Source of the DNA: Steroidobacteraceae bacterium
GTDB taxonomy: Bacteria; Pseudomonadota; Gammaproteobacteria; Steroidobacterales; Steroidobacteraceae
DNA length: 64,000 nt
Assembly (NCBI GenBank): GCA_049792815.1
Contig: JBARBG010000081.1
Coordinates: 8,296 to 72,295, forward strand
Direction of reading: 5' to 3'
A program made the position numbers and the translations under genes. The notes under the pieces are model-generated. The model made no database searches. It was not told where the DNA came from and saw nothing but the letters and a program-made list of their open reading frames with translations. This document shows, piece after piece, positions 16,365-26,951 of this stretch. Within the stretch, counting starts at the first letter, position 1. Each line of letters opens with the position of its first letter.

Positions 16365-19300
16365 GTGCGAGGCGTGCTTGAGAAGGTGCTTATTGCCAAT
16401 CGTGGCGCAATTGCCTGCCGGATACTACGCACGCTGCGGCGTCTGGGCGTGGCGTCGGTGGCCGTGTTCGCCGAATCCGACGCAGGTTCGCTGCACGTCG
16501 CCCAGGCCGACGAGGCGGTATGCATCGGCGCATCACCGGGCAGCGCCAGTTACCTCGACGGTGCGGCCTTGATCGCCGCGGCCCGCAAGACCGGCGCGCA
16601 GGCCATTCATCCCGGGTACGGCTTTCTCAGTGAGAACGCAGAATTTGCCGAACAGTGCGAGCTGGCCGGACTGACGTTCATAGGCCCGACACCACAAAAC
16701 ATACGCGCCTTTGGCCTCAAGCACCGCGCGCGCGCAATAGCGCGGGAGCAGTCCGTGCCACTGGTGCCGGGCTCCGACCTGCTTCGGGACTTGCCGGCGG
16801 CGCGGGCCGCAGCGCGCCGCCTTGGCTTTCCCGTCATGCTCAAATCAACGGGTGGCGGTGGCGGCATCGGTATGCGCGCCTGCGCGGACATGAAGGCCCT
16901 CGAGGAGGCCTTCCCGGTCGTGTCGCGACTGGCGGCAAATCACTTTGCGGACGGCGGCATGTACCTCGAGCGGCTACTGCCCGAGGCGCGGCACGTCGAG
17001 GTGCAGATCTTCGGCGATGGCAGTGGTCGTGCGGTGGCGCTGGGCGAGCGCGATTGCTCGCTGCAACGGCGCCACCAGAAAGTCATCGAAGAGGCACCGG
17101 CACCGCAGCTCACACCTGAATTGCGCAGCGGGCTTGCCGCATGCGCCATCCGGCTCGGCCGCGCCGTTGAGTACCGCTCGGCCGGGACTGTGGAGTTCCT
17201 GCTGGACCCAGTGCGCGAAGAATTCTATTTCCTCGAAGTCAACACTCGCCTGCAGGTCGAGCACGCGGTCACCGAGGAAATTACCGGAGTCGATCTTATC
17301 GAGTGGATGGTTCGCGGTGCCGGGGGAGACTACTCCTTTCTCGATGCATGGAGCACGCAGCAAAACTCACCACCGCGTGCACACGGCTGGGCCATTCAGG
17401 CGCGCCTGTATGCCGAAGATCCACGCGAGGAGAATCGGCCGAGCAGCGGCACGCTGACCGACGTTAAATGGCCCACCGACATTCGCGTTGAGACCTGGGT
17501 GACGTCCGGCACGGAGGTCACGACGCATTATGATCCGCTGCTCGCAAAACTGATCGTCACAGGTGCCGATCGTCCGAGCGCAGTCACCGCGCTGCAGCGC
17601 GCGCTGGGCGGTACGCGCCTGGCGGGTCTTGAGAGCAATCTGCAGTGGCTGAAGCAGATTGCTCACAGCCAGATGTTCATCTCCGGGAGAGTCTCCACCC
17701 AGGCGCTTGCGAGCATGCCGTACGCCTCCCCGGCGGTGCGGGTACTCAGTGGCGGACTGGCGACCAGCATTCAGGACTACCCAGGGCGAAGGGGCTACTG
17801 GAACGTTGGGGTCCCGCCCTCGGGACCTATGGACAGCCTCGCTTTTCGTCTGGGTAATCGTCTCTTGGGCAATCCGGACGGCGCCCCGGGGCTTGAGGTC
17901 ACGGCGACCGGTCCAACCCTGTGTTTCGGTAGTGCCACCACGGTATGTCTCGCGGGGGCCGACACCGGTGCGCGGCTGGACGGCTCCCCGCTGGAACCGT
18001 ACACGGTGACGACGGTCGCCGCGGGCCAGACTCTAAAGCTTGGGCGAATTAGCGGCCCGGGCTTGCGCGCTTATGTGCTCTTTGCCGGGGGCATCGAGGT
18101 GCCACCCTACCTTGGTAGCTGCTCGACTTTTACCCTCGGGCGGTTCGGGGGGCATGCCGGTCGCAATCTCGCGGCGGGCGATGTCCTGCATCTCGGGGGT
18201 CAACAACCGGCCTTCGCCGCGCGGCCAGAGTCGCAGCTAAGACTCCCGCGGCTGCCAACACTCACGCACACCTGGACTGTGCGGGTGCTTTGCGGTCCCC
18301 ACGCCGCGCCGGACTTCTTCACCGCTGCGGACATTGACACAATCTTAGGCGCGCAATGGAAGGTCCACTACAACTCCAACCGCACCGGAGTACGGCTGAT
18401 CGGACCAAAGCCTCAGTGGGCACGCCGTGACGGCGGGGAGGCGGGCCTGCATCCTTCGAATATTCACGACAATGCCTATGTGGTTGGGGCCGTTGATTTC
18501 ACCGGCGACATGCCCATCATCCTGGGCCCCGACGGCCCCTCGCTCGGGGGCTTCGTGTGTCCGTTCGTCGTGATCAGTGCGGACCTGTGGAAACTCGGTC
18601 AACTCGCTCCGGGAGACAGCGTGCAACTCGAATGCGTCGAAGCATCGACCGCACACGCCGCGGAGCAGGTACAGAGGGCGTGGATTACCGGCGACCCGAG
18701 CGGCGATGCCGGCATTGCCGAGACGGTAGCAGCGCCCGGCGCGAGTACCCGTTCGAGCGGTACTGCCGTCCTGTTCGATCTTGAGGGGCGGGAGGCGCGC
18801 CCCAGGACGCTGTATCGGCGCCAGGGCGATCGGCACATTCTCATCGAATACGGGCCCATCGTACTGGATCTAACGCTACGGTTGCGCGTACATGCCCTGA
18901 TGCTGGAGCTGGAGCGCCTCAGCCTTGAGGGCGTCCTCGAGGTAACGCCGGGCATCCGCTCGCTGCAGGTTCATTATGATCCTGACATTCTGTCACTGAC
19001 TACCTTGCTGCAGACCCTGGTGGATTGCGAGGAACGCTTAGGCGGTCTGCAGGATTTCCAGATTCCTTCGCGCGTTGTGTGGCTGCCGCTGTCTTTTGCG
19101 GACCCTGCGGTGGCCGATACCGTAGAACGATATATGAGTACGGTGCGTGCGGATGCGCCCTGGTGCCCGGACAACATTGAGTTCATCAGGCGCATCAACG
19201 GCCTGGCGTCGATCGAGGATGTGCAACGCATTGTGTTCTCGGCACGCTACATGGTCCTGGGTCTGGGGGATGTCTATCTCGGGGCACCCGTGGCGGTGCC

Positions 19301-20045
19301 ACTGGACCCACGCCACCGACTCGTGACGACGAAGTACAACCCCGCCAGAACCTGGACGCCCCCCAATGTCGTCGGCATCGGTGGCGCGTATCTTTGCATT
19401 TACGGCATGGAGGGGCCGGGCGGGTACCAGCTCTTTGGACGCACCGTGCAAATGTGGAACTCCCACCGGCGCAGTGGCGAATTCCGCGAGCAGCCCTGGC
19501 TGTTGCGCTACTTTGATCAAATCCGCTTCTTTCCGGTGACGCACGCCGAGCTCAATGACTGGCGGCGCGACTTCCCGGTCGGAAGGCGGGCGCTGCATAT
19601 CGAGACGGAAACCTTTCGCCTGGCCGACTACCAGCGCTTCTTACACGAGCAACATTCCGATATCGAGTCCTTCCAACGGACTCGACGCGCTGCCTTTGAG
19701 GCGGAGCGGGAAGCCTGGGTTCGACGCAACGAGCTGTCGCCCGAGGGCGGACCGCCGGAGAACATCGACGTGGCGGCAGCTCCCGATGTTCCGCCTGGCG
19801 CGGAGCTCATCGAGGCGCCGCTCGGCGGAAATGTCTGGCGCGTCGAGGTGCGTCCCGGAGATCGAATCGAGAAGGGCGCGGTGATTGCAGCCATCGAATC
19901 AATGAAGACGGAGTGCAATGTGCCAAGCCCCGCCGCCGGTATTGTACGGGCCGTTTATATCCAGGAGCGCCAGGCGATCTCTCCGGGAACTGCTCTGATC
20001 GCACTGGAGCCGGATGCCTCCGGGCCCATTACGGGGCACGCCTGA
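16365..20045 (+). CDS. Biotin-dependent urea/guanidine carboxylase (BC + KipI/KipA-like carboxyltransferase + BCCP)
   Basis: 1226 aa. N-terminal biotin carboxylase (LIANRGAIACR, ATP-grasp), central allophanate-hydrolase-subunit 1/2-like domains, and a C-terminal biotinyl domain with the lysine in ESMKTE. GTG start. Confidence 0.9.
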   Translation: MRGVLEKVLIANRGAIACRILRTLRRLGVASVAVFAESDAGSLHVAQADEAVCIGASPGSASYLDGAALIAAARKTGAQAIHPGYGFLSENAEFAEQCELAGLTFIGPTPQNIRAFGLKHRARAIAREQSVPLVPGSDLLRDLPAARAAARRLGFPVMLKSTGGGGGIGMRACADMKALEEAFPVVSRLAANHFADGGMYLERLLPEARHVEVQIFGDGSGRAVALGERDCSLQRRHQKVIEEAPAPQLTPELRSGLAACAIRLGRAVEYRSAGTVEFLLDPVREEFYFLEVNTRLQVEHAVTEEITGVDLIEWMVRGAGGDYSFLDAWSTQQNSPPRAHGWAIQARLYAEDPREENRPSSGTLTDVKWPTDIRVETWVTSGTEVTTHYDPLLAKLIVTGADRPSAVTALQRALGGTRLAGLESNLQWLKQIAHSQMFISGRVSTQALASMPYASPAVRVLSGGLATSIQDYPGRRGYWNVGVPPSGPMDSLAFRLGNRLLGNPDGAPGLEVTATGPTLCFGSATTVCLAGADTGARLDGSPLEPYTVTTVAAGQTLKLGRISGPGLRAYVLFAGGIEVPPYLGSCSTFTLGRFGGHAGRNLAAGDVLHLGGQQPAFAARPESQLRLPRLPTLTHTWTVRVLCGPHAAPDFFTAADIDTILGAQWKVHYNSNRTGVRLIGPKPQWARRDGGEAGLHPSNIHDNAYVVGAVDFTGDMPIILGPDGPSLGGFVCPFVVISADLWKLGQLAPGDSVQLECVEASTAHAAEQVQRAWITGDPSGDAGIAETVAAPGASTRSSGTAVLFDLEGREARPRTLYRRQGDRHILIEYGPIVLDLTLRLRVHALMLELERLSLEGVLEVTPGIRSLQVHYDPDILSLTTLLQTLVDCEERLGGLQDFQIPSRVVWLPLSFADPAVADTVERYMSTVRADAPWCPDNIEFIRRINGLASIEDVQRIVFSARYMVLGLGDVYLGAPVAVPLDPRHRLVTTKYNPARTWTPPNVVGIGGAYLCIYGMEGPGGYQLFGRTVQMWNSHRRSGEFREQPWLLRYFDQIRFFPVTHAELNDWRRDFPVGRRALHIETETFRLADYQRFLHEQHSDIESFQRTRRAAFEAEREAWVRRNELSPEGGPPENIDVAAAPDVPPGAELIEAPLGGNVWRVEVRPGDRIEKGAVIAAIESMKTECNVPSPAAGIVRAVYIQERQAISPGTALIALEPDASGPITGHA

Positions 20046-20046
20046 C

Positions 20047-21858
20047 ATGGACGGACACGATCTGGAGTGGAGCGTTGGGGCAATCGCTCGAGACGTGAAT
20101 AAAGGTGCACGCACCGCTACCTCCGTCGTGCGTGAGGCCCTCGCGCGTGCGCGCGCGTACGACAAGATTCAGCCGCAGGTGTGGATCAGTCGCGCGGCCG
20201 ATGCGGATCTGCTGGCGCAAGCTGCGCTCATTGACGCAAGGATTGCCGCAGGGGAGTCGCTGGCACTTGCCGGAGTGCCCATTGCAGTCAAGGACAATAT
20301 CGATGTTGCGGGCCTCGCGACGACGGCTGCCTGCCCGCAGTTCGCCTACCGGCCAGAGCGCTCGGCAACCGTCATCGAGTATCTGACGCGGGCGGGCGCG
20401 ATCGTGATAGGCAAGACCAACCTCGATCAGTTTGCGACCGGCCTGGTCGGGACGCGCAGCCCTTATGGCGCGGTGGGCTGTGTTTTCAATCGTGAATACG
20501 TGAGTGGGGGCTCCAGCTCCGGTTCCGCGGCAGCCGTTGCCGCGGGCGTCGTGCCGTTGGCCCTCGGCTCCGATACGGCTGGCTCCGGACGCGTACCGGC
20601 GGCCTTCAATCACCTCATTGGCTTCAAGCCCACGCGTGGCCGCTGGAGTACCCGCGGACTGGTGCCGGCCTGTCGCAGTCTTGACTGCATCAGCACCTTG
20701 ACACGCAATGCCGCAGATGCGGCGCTGGTTGATGCGGTGCTCACGCATTTCGATGCCGACGATCCCTTTGCAAGACGTGCGCCCCCGCACGCTCCTGCAG
20801 TCGGCGCAGAGTTTCGGCTCGGCATACCACAGCCGGCTCAGCTGGCTGACCTTGCGCCTGAGGATGCGCGCTGCTATGCCGCAGCGAGTGCGGCGGTGCA
20901 AGGCATCGGCGGCAGACCCGTCAGCGTCGATGTGGCGCCGCTCGTTCAGGCGGCGCGTCTGTTGTATGGCGGACCATGGGTCGCCGAGCGCACCGTCGTG
21001 GCGGATGCGGTGCTGCAGGAGCATCCGACCGCCGTTCATCCGGTGGTCCGCTCCATCCTGCAGGCCGCGAAGGGACTGTCCGCTGCCGACGCATTCCGCG
21101 GCCTATATGCCCAGCAGGGTTACGCCCGGGAAGCCGAGCGGCTGTGGGAGCAGATCGACGTACTGCTGCTGCCGACGACGCCGACCACTTATCGACAAAG
21201 TGAGGTACTCGCGGAGCCCTACGGGCTCAATGCGCGGCTCGGCCTGTATACCAACTTCGTGAACCTGCTCGATATGAGCGCCATCGCGGTACCCGCCGGT
21301 TTCCGTAGCAACGCTACCGGTGTGGGTGTGAGTCTCATCGGCCCAGCGTGGGCCGATTCAGGGCTGCTGGTGCTTGCCGAGCGCTACACCCAAAGCATGA
21401 GATTCCCGATACCAGCGCTCGATACGCAATCGCGACCGGCGCAAGTCCAGCTGGCGGTGGTCGGCGCCCACCTCAGCGGCATGCCGCTGCATTGGCAGTT
21501 GACTTCGCGCTCCGCCCGTCTCGTGCAACAGACCCGTACGGCACCGGTATACAGGCTGTATGCGATGACGGGTCAGACCCCGTCAAAACCAGCGCTGGTG
21601 CACGCAGGCAGCGACGGGGCTGCCATCGAAACGGAAGTTTACGAGCTGGACGTTGCCGGTTTCGGCAGCTTCGTGAACGAAGTGCCCGCGCCACTGGCCA
21701 TCGGCACGGTGCTGCTGGCCGATGGCTCAAGCGTCAAGGGGTTTGTCGCCGAGCCCCGCGCGATCGTCGGCGCGCTCGACATAACGGCCGACGGTGGCTG
21801 GCGCGCCTATATTTCCCGGCTGGCCTCTACCGCACCAACATCTGGAGCCTCCCAATGA
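20047..21858 (+). CDS. atzF: Allophanate hydrolase (amidase-signature N-domain plus AtzF-type C-domain)
   Basis: 603 aa from MDGHDLEWSV, with a GGSSSGSAAAVA amidase signature. The start is 1 nt after the carboxylase stop. Confidence 0.85.
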   Translation: MDGHDLEWSVGAIARDVNKGARTATSVVREALARARAYDKIQPQVWISRAADADLLAQAALIDARIAAGESLALAGVPIAVKDNIDVAGLATTAACPQFAYRPERSATVIEYLTRAGAIVIGKTNLDQFATGLVGTRSPYGAVGCVFNREYVSGGSSSGSAAAVAAGVVPLALGSDTAGSGRVPAAFNHLIGFKPTRGRWSTRGLVPACRSLDCISTLTRNAADAALVDAVLTHFDADDPFARRAPPHAPAVGAEFRLGIPQPAQLADLAPEDARCYAAASAAVQGIGGRPVSVDVAPLVQAARLLYGGPWVAERTVVADAVLQEHPTAVHPVVRSILQAAKGLSAADAFRGLYAQQGYAREAERLWEQIDVLLLPTTPTTYRQSEVLAEPYGLNARLGLYTNFVNLLDMSAIAVPAGFRSNATGVGVSLIGPAWADSGLLVLAERYTQSMRFPIPALDTQSRPAQVQLAVVGAHLSGMPLHWQLTSRSARLVQQTRTAPVYRLYAMTGQTPSKPALVHAGSDGAAIETEVYELDVAGFGSFVNEVPAPLAIGTVLLADGSSVKGFVAEPRAIVGALDITADGGWRAYISRLASTAPTSGASQ

Positions 21859-22859
21859 GTCGCCTGAATCGAATTCGCACCATGGTTGGCGCGCTGCTCA
21901 TGGCAGTCGCGGTGTTACCGGCCCAGGCCGAGGTCAAAGTGGGTGTGTCCGATTGGACCGGGTGGGTAGCCTGGTATGTGGCACAGGATCAAGGGTACTT
22001 CCGAAAATACGGGGTGGACGTAAAACTCATCTGGTTTGCCAACTACAGTGACTCCATCTCGGCGCTCTCCAGCGGGCAATTGGATGCCAACAGCCAGACC
22101 TGGTCCGATACTCTTGGACCACTCGCCAAGGGGCTGCCGCTGAAGGTGGTGCTCGTCAATGATAATTCCGCCGGAAACGACGCACTCATGGTGGGCCCGA
22201 AGGTCAAGGCCTTTGCGGATTTGCGTCATCATACCGTGGCGCTCGAGCAGTATAGCGTCTCGCACTTCGTGCTCTACACCGCCCTGGCCCGCAATGGGTT
22301 GAGCCCAGATGATGTCACGGTAGTGAATCTGTCGGCTGGGGATGCGGCCGCGGCATTCATGAGCGGCAGGGTGGATGCGGCGGTGGTCTGGAATCCCTGG
22401 ATCAGCCAGATTCAAAAGAGCGGTAAAGGCACGGCGCTGTTCAGTTCAGCGCAGATGCCCGGCCTGATCCCTGATCTGCTCGTCGCCCAGGGGCGATCGT
22501 TACAGAGCAAGCGCAAGGACTTCATCGCGATGGTGCGGGCATGGTTCGATACCGTCGCGTTCATCCGCGCGCAACCTGATCGGGCTGTCGCCATCATGTC
22601 GAAGGTCGTCAGCATGGCGCCCGACCAGTACCGTGTGTTCCTGCCTGGAACGCGCTTCTTCGATGCTGCGGCCAATCAGGAGGCATTCGATCCCAAAAGC
22701 CCACGCAGCCTGGTCAGCGTGGCTCCCAATCTAGCGGCATTTCTATTGGCAAATAAACTCATCGACGGACGCCCCGATGCCGCCAAGGGCGTGGATCGCT
22801 CCGTCATCGACGCAGCGATCGCTGCCGGGGCGGGCCCGCCACCGGCCGTGAAGCCATGA
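21855..22859 (+). CDS. ABC transporter periplasmic binding protein, NitT/TauT (NMT1-like) family
   Basis: 334 aa from MSRLNRIRTMVGALLMAVAVLPAQA (signal peptide). ATGA overlap with atzF. Confidence 0.8.
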   Translation: MSRLNRIRTMVGALLMAVAVLPAQAEVKVGVSDWTGWVAWYVAQDQGYFRKYGVDVKLIWFANYSDSISALSSGQLDANSQTWSDTLGPLAKGLPLKVVLVNDNSAGNDALMVGPKVKAFADLRHHTVALEQYSVSHFVLYTALARNGLSPDDVTVVNLSAGDAAAAFMSGRVDAAVVWNPWISQIQKSGKGTALFSSAQMPGLIPDLLVAQGRSLQSKRKDFIAMVRAWFDTVAFIRAQPDRAVAIMSKVVSMAPDQYRVFLPGTRFFDAAANQEAFDPKSPRSLVSVAPNLAAFLLANKLIDGRPDAAKGVDRSVIDAAIAAGAGPPPAVKP

Positions 22860-23653
22860 GACGCAGCTCCGTATGGAAGATTCGCGGTTGGTTGAGCCAG
22901 CGAAGCTACTGGCTGCTCGCGGCAGTCGGCCTCATCGTGCCGCTGATTTTCTGGACGGCGTTGACGCTTCTCGGAACAGTAAATCGTGTGTTCCTTCCGG
23001 GCCCAATCGATGTACTGCAGCGGACTGCATCCTGGTTCAACAACGATCATCTGATTGATGACATCCTTATCAGTACTTTTCGCGTTACCGCCGGCTGGCT
23101 TTTGTCGGCGCTCATCGCCATGCCCCTTGGTTTGCTGATCGGTTCTTTCCGTGTCGTGCAGGCACTGCTGGAGCCGCTGACGGACTTCGTGCGCTACATG
23201 CCGGCGGTTGCCTTCATTCCCCTGGTGATGCTCTGGGTCGGTATCGATGAGTCGGCCAAGGTGGCCATCATTTTCATCGGCACATTCTTCCAGATGGTAC
23301 TGATGGTGGCAGAAGATGTTCGCCGCGTGCCAATGGCCCAGATCGAGGCGGCGCAGACCATGGGCGCAACGCGCTGCGAGGTGATAGAAAAGGTCATCGT
23401 TCCTTCGGCCAAGCCCGCGTTAGTGGACACCTTGCGTATAACCATGGGCTGGGCCTGGACATACCTCGTCGTGGCTGAACTGGTCGCTGCGAATTCGGGG
23501 TTGGGCTACGCCATAATCAAGGCACAACGTTTCCTGCAGACCGACAAGATATTTGCCGGCATCGTGCTCATCGGGGCGATCGGCCTGGCGATGGACCAGG
23601 GGTTTCGGCTCCTTCATAGGCTCGCCTTCCCGTACCTGCATGCCCGGAACTGA
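22856..23653 (+). CDS. ABC transporter permease, NitT/TauT family
   Basis: 265 aa, polytopic, BPD_transp_1-type. ATGA overlap with the binding-protein gene. Confidence 0.85.
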   Translation: MRRSSVWKIRGWLSQRSYWLLAAVGLIVPLIFWTALTLLGTVNRVFLPGPIDVLQRTASWFNNDHLIDDILISTFRVTAGWLLSALIAMPLGLLIGSFRVVQALLEPLTDFVRYMPAVAFIPLVMLWVGIDESAKVAIIFIGTFFQMVLMVAEDVRRVPMAQIEAAQTMGATRCEVIEKVIVPSAKPALVDTLRITMGWAWTYLVVAELVAANSGLGYAIIKAQRFLQTDKIFAGIVLIGAIGLAMDQGFRLLHRLAFPYLHARN

Positions 23654-23654
23654 C

Positions 23655-24491
23655 ATGGCCATCATCAGCTGTCGATCCGTGTGCAAGGTGTTTGGTGAAG
23701 GCCAGAACCGCGTGACGGCACTTGACAACGTATGTCTCGATGTGACCGAGGGGGAGTTCGTGACCTTTGTTGGTGCATCCGGCTGCGGCAAGTCGACCCT
23801 GCTGCGGATACTCGCCGGACTTGAGACCCAGACGGCCGGTGAGCTGGAGGCAGCAGGAGCATCCATCCTGGCGCCGGGTGCCGATCGTGCGATGGTGTTT
23901 CAGGACTACAGCCTTTATCCATGGCTTACGGTGATCAATAACATCAAGTTCCCGCGACAGTTGTCGGCGCATACCCGCGATCGCACCAGCGCTGATGTTG
24001 AGGCCGCCTCCGGCCGTGCCGACGCGCTGCTGCGTGTCATGGGGTTGAGCCACGCGGCCCATGCATACCCCTCGCAGCTCTCCGGCGGAATGCAGCAGCG
24101 GGTCGCGATCGCACGAGCCCTGATGACGAGGCCGAGAATTCTGCTGATGGATGAGCCATTCGGTGCACTGGATGCGCAGACACGCGAGGTCATGCACGAT
24201 CTCATCCTCCACGTTTCGGAGCTCGAGGGCTGCACGGTCGTGTTCGTGACGCACGATGTGGAGGAGGCGATCTATCTCGGCCGCCGCGTCATTCTGATGG
24301 CGCCGAAACCCGGTCGCATAGACTCCATCTATGAAGTGCCGCTCCCGGCCAAGCGCGTGCTTGGCATGAAATACTCTCCGGAATTCCTCGCTTTGCGCTT
24401 GCGTGTTCTTGATCGGATCCGCGAGACCTCCGGCATGCGCACCGATTTGGACCTGCTGCAGCGCCTCTCACAAACTGCGGTCGAAACGTAA
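23655..24491 (+). CDS. ABC transporter ATP-binding protein, NitT/TauT family
   Basis: 278 aa from MAIISCRSV, with Walker A GASGCGKST, signature LSGGMQQR and Walker B ILLMDEP. Confidence 0.9.
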   Translation: MAIISCRSVCKVFGEGQNRVTALDNVCLDVTEGEFVTFVGASGCGKSTLLRILAGLETQTAGELEAAGASILAPGADRAMVFQDYSLYPWLTVINNIKFPRQLSAHTRDRTSADVEAASGRADALLRVMGLSHAAHAYPSQLSGGMQQRVAIARALMTRPRILLMDEPFGALDAQTREVMHDLILHVSELEGCTVVFVTHDVEEAIYLGRRVILMAPKPGRIDSIYEVPLPAKRVLGMKYSPEFLALRLRVLDRIRETSGMRTDLDLLQRLSQTAVET

Positions 24492-25934
24492 ATGCGTGCG
24501 CAGCACAGTGCAAGCGAGGCGCTGCAACACGCAGAATCGGCACTGCGCGGTGCACCGCATGATCCGCGCCTGCTGTTGCAGCGAGCACAGTGCCTGCTCG
24601 AACTGGGTCAAACCGCCCGGGCATGCGAGGCCGCTGCCGCGGCACAACTTTACGCGGCGACGGATGCCGCCGTACTGGATGCCATAGGCAATGTCTTAAC
24701 CAGGGCAAGTGACCAGGCACGGGCGCTCGCAGCCTTCGAACAGGCGGTGGCATTGGCACCTGATGAGCCGCATTTCGCCTTCAACCGCGCGGCGGTGCGG
24801 CGCTTCCTGGGGGATCTTGACGGAGCCGAACGCGACTACGATCGGGTGATCCGCCTCAAGCCCGATGATTACGAGGCCTACCTCAATCGATCTGAATTGC
24901 GGGCGCAGAGCCCGGACCGCAACCACACGGTGGAACTGGAAGCGCGACTGTCGCGAGGTGTCAAGGGTTGGCAGGGCGAGGTGGCGCTGCGCTACGCACT
25001 GGCCAAGGAATACGAGGATCTCGCCCAGTACGAGCTGTCATTCGAGCAACTGGCGTGCGGGGCTCGAGTGCGGCGCGAGCACCTGCGGTACGACATTGCG
25101 ACCGATGTTGCCACAGTCGATTGGATCATCGAGTCATACTCGGCCGCTACGGCGTCGGCTGCCGTGAAAAGCGCTGATGACGCGCCGATCTTCATCGTTG
25201 GGCTGCCGCGCAGCGGCAGCACGCTCGTAGAGCGCATTCTCGGCAGTCATTCGACCATCCGCGCGGCTGGAGAGCTGTCGCATTTTGCATTGGCGGTGGT
25301 CGCGGCCGTGGCGGCCGGTTCCGGCGATGGCCGCGGTCCGAAGTCGCGCCGTGAGCTCGTGAAACAGTCTGCGGCAATTGATTTCGGGCGCCTCGGATCC
25401 GACTATTTATCGCGAGTTCGCGCGGCCGGCATCACCGCCGGGCGCTTCACGGACAAGATGCCGCTGAATTATCTGTATTGCGGACTCATCCAGCGCGCGC
25501 TGCCGCAGGCGCGTATCGTACACGTGCGGCGTAGCCCGACTGCGGCCTGCTATGCAATGTTCAAAACGTTGTTCAAGGACGGTTATCCATTCTCGTATGA
25601 CCTCGAAGAACTTGGGCGTTACTACATTGGGTATCGTCGCCTGATGGACCACTGGCAGGCGGCTATGCCGGGGTGCATTTACGAGTTGAGCTACGAGGCA
25701 TTGATCGCCAACCAGCGCGTTGAGACGCGGCGGCTGCTTGAGTTCTGTGGCCTCGAGTGGGAGGAGGGCTGCATGCAGTTTCATGCCAATACCACGGCTA
25801 CCATGACCGCCAGTGCCGTTCAGGTGCGCCGTCCACTTTATGCCACCGCCGTGGCGCAGTGGCGTAACTATGCGCGCCACCTCGAGCCGTTGCGGGAACA
25901 GCTTGTCGCGGCCAGCATCAATGTCGAGGAGTAA
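24492..25934 (+). CDS. TPR-repeat protein fused to a sulfotransferase domain
   Basis: 480 aa with N-terminal TPR-like repeats and GLPRSGSTLVERIL (PAPS 5'-phosphosulfate-binding-loop-like). The start directly abuts the preceding stop (TAAATG). Confidence 0.7.
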   Translation: MRAQHSASEALQHAESALRGAPHDPRLLLQRAQCLLELGQTARACEAAAAAQLYAATDAAVLDAIGNVLTRASDQARALAAFEQAVALAPDEPHFAFNRAAVRRFLGDLDGAERDYDRVIRLKPDDYEAYLNRSELRAQSPDRNHTVELEARLSRGVKGWQGEVALRYALAKEYEDLAQYELSFEQLACGARVRREHLRYDIATDVATVDWIIESYSAATASAAVKSADDAPIFIVGLPRSGSTLVERILGSHSTIRAAGELSHFALAVVAAVAAGSGDGRGPKSRRELVKQSAAIDFGRLGSDYLSRVRAAGITAGRFTDKMPLNYLYCGLIQRALPQARIVHVRRSPTAACYAMFKTLFKDGYPFSYDLEELGRYYIGYRRLMDHWQAAMPGCIYELSYEALIANQRVETRRLLEFCGLEWEEGCMQFHANTTATMTASAVQVRRPLYATAVAQWRNYARHLEPLREQLVAASINVEE

Positions 25935-25943
25935 CATTAACCC

Positions 25944-26951
25944 ATGAAGCACCATGCATTCATCGGCTGGATTGCAGCCGCCTTGACACTCATTGGCGCG
26001 CCGCAGGTCGGTGGTGCCGTGGAACGCGCGAGTCTCGGCGTAGTCAATTGGATTGGCTACGGCCCAATGTACTGTGCGGCGGCGAATGGCTCCTACCGCA
26101 AGTATGGCTGGGATGTGAAACTGGTGACCTTCAGTGACAACTCACTGATGACCGGGGCGCTCGAGGGTGGTGAGCTCGAAGCTTCGACCCTCACTTATGA
26201 CCAGGTGATCAGCTCGGCATCCAAGGGATGGAAGCTCAGGGTCGTGATGCCGCTTGATTATTCCGTCGGAGGCGACGCGATCCTCGCCAAAGTCGCAATC
26301 CGCACCGTCAAGGACCTTAAGGGCCGTAACGTCGCCTTCCAGCCCTCGTCGCCGTCCGACTTTCTCCTGGGTTACGCGCTCGCTCAGGCCGGGCTTTCCC
26401 AGAGTGACATTCGCGCCGTCAATGCTACGCCCGAGGGCGTCGTTGCGATCATGGCCAGCGGGTCAGTAGATGCCGGGGTGACCTATGAGCCCAGCGTGTC
26501 GATGATTCGAAAACTCGGCGGAGGCAATCAGTTTCATGTGCTGTTGTCCTCGCGCGAGGCGCGCGGGCTGATCACCGACGTGCTCGCCTTGAAGGAAAGC
26601 ACTATCGCCAAGAATCCGCAGCTCGTCCAGGCGCTGATCCGCGGCACCATGGACGGATTGGACTTCATGACCCGTGAGCCCGACAAGGCTGCCGCCCTCA
26701 TCGGCCGGGCGCTTGGGCTTAGTGTTGCGGATGTCAAGGCGCAGCTGCAGAACATCGAAAACCCGCCGCTGGCGCAGCTCGGTGATGTGTTCAAGAAGGC
26801 ACCTGTATTGCCGTCGTTTTATGCAAGCGGCACCATCATCGGCGGGATCCTGAAGAGAGAGGGGCAGATTCGGACGCTACCCCCGATTGAAGCAACCTAC
26901 GATGCTTCCTTCATTGCCGCGCTGCAGGCACACCCAGGAGATCTGCGATGA
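25944..26951 (+). CDS. Second NMT1/NitT-TauT-like periplasmic binding protein
   Basis: 335 aa with a signal peptide. Paralogue-like to 21855-22859 (WIGYGPMY vs WTGWVAWY blocks). Confidence 0.75.
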   Translation: MKHHAFIGWIAAALTLIGAPQVGGAVERASLGVVNWIGYGPMYCAAANGSYRKYGWDVKLVTFSDNSLMTGALEGGELEASTLTYDQVISSASKGWKLRVVMPLDYSVGGDAILAKVAIRTVKDLKGRNVAFQPSSPSDFLLGYALAQAGLSQSDIRAVNATPEGVVAIMASGSVDAGVTYEPSVSMIRKLGGGNQFHVLLSSREARGLITDVLALKESTIAKNPQLVQALIRGTMDGLDFMTREPDKAAALIGRALGLSVADVKAQLQNIENPPLAQLGDVFKKAPVLPSFYASGTIIGGILKREGQIRTLPPIEATYDASFIAALQAHPGDLR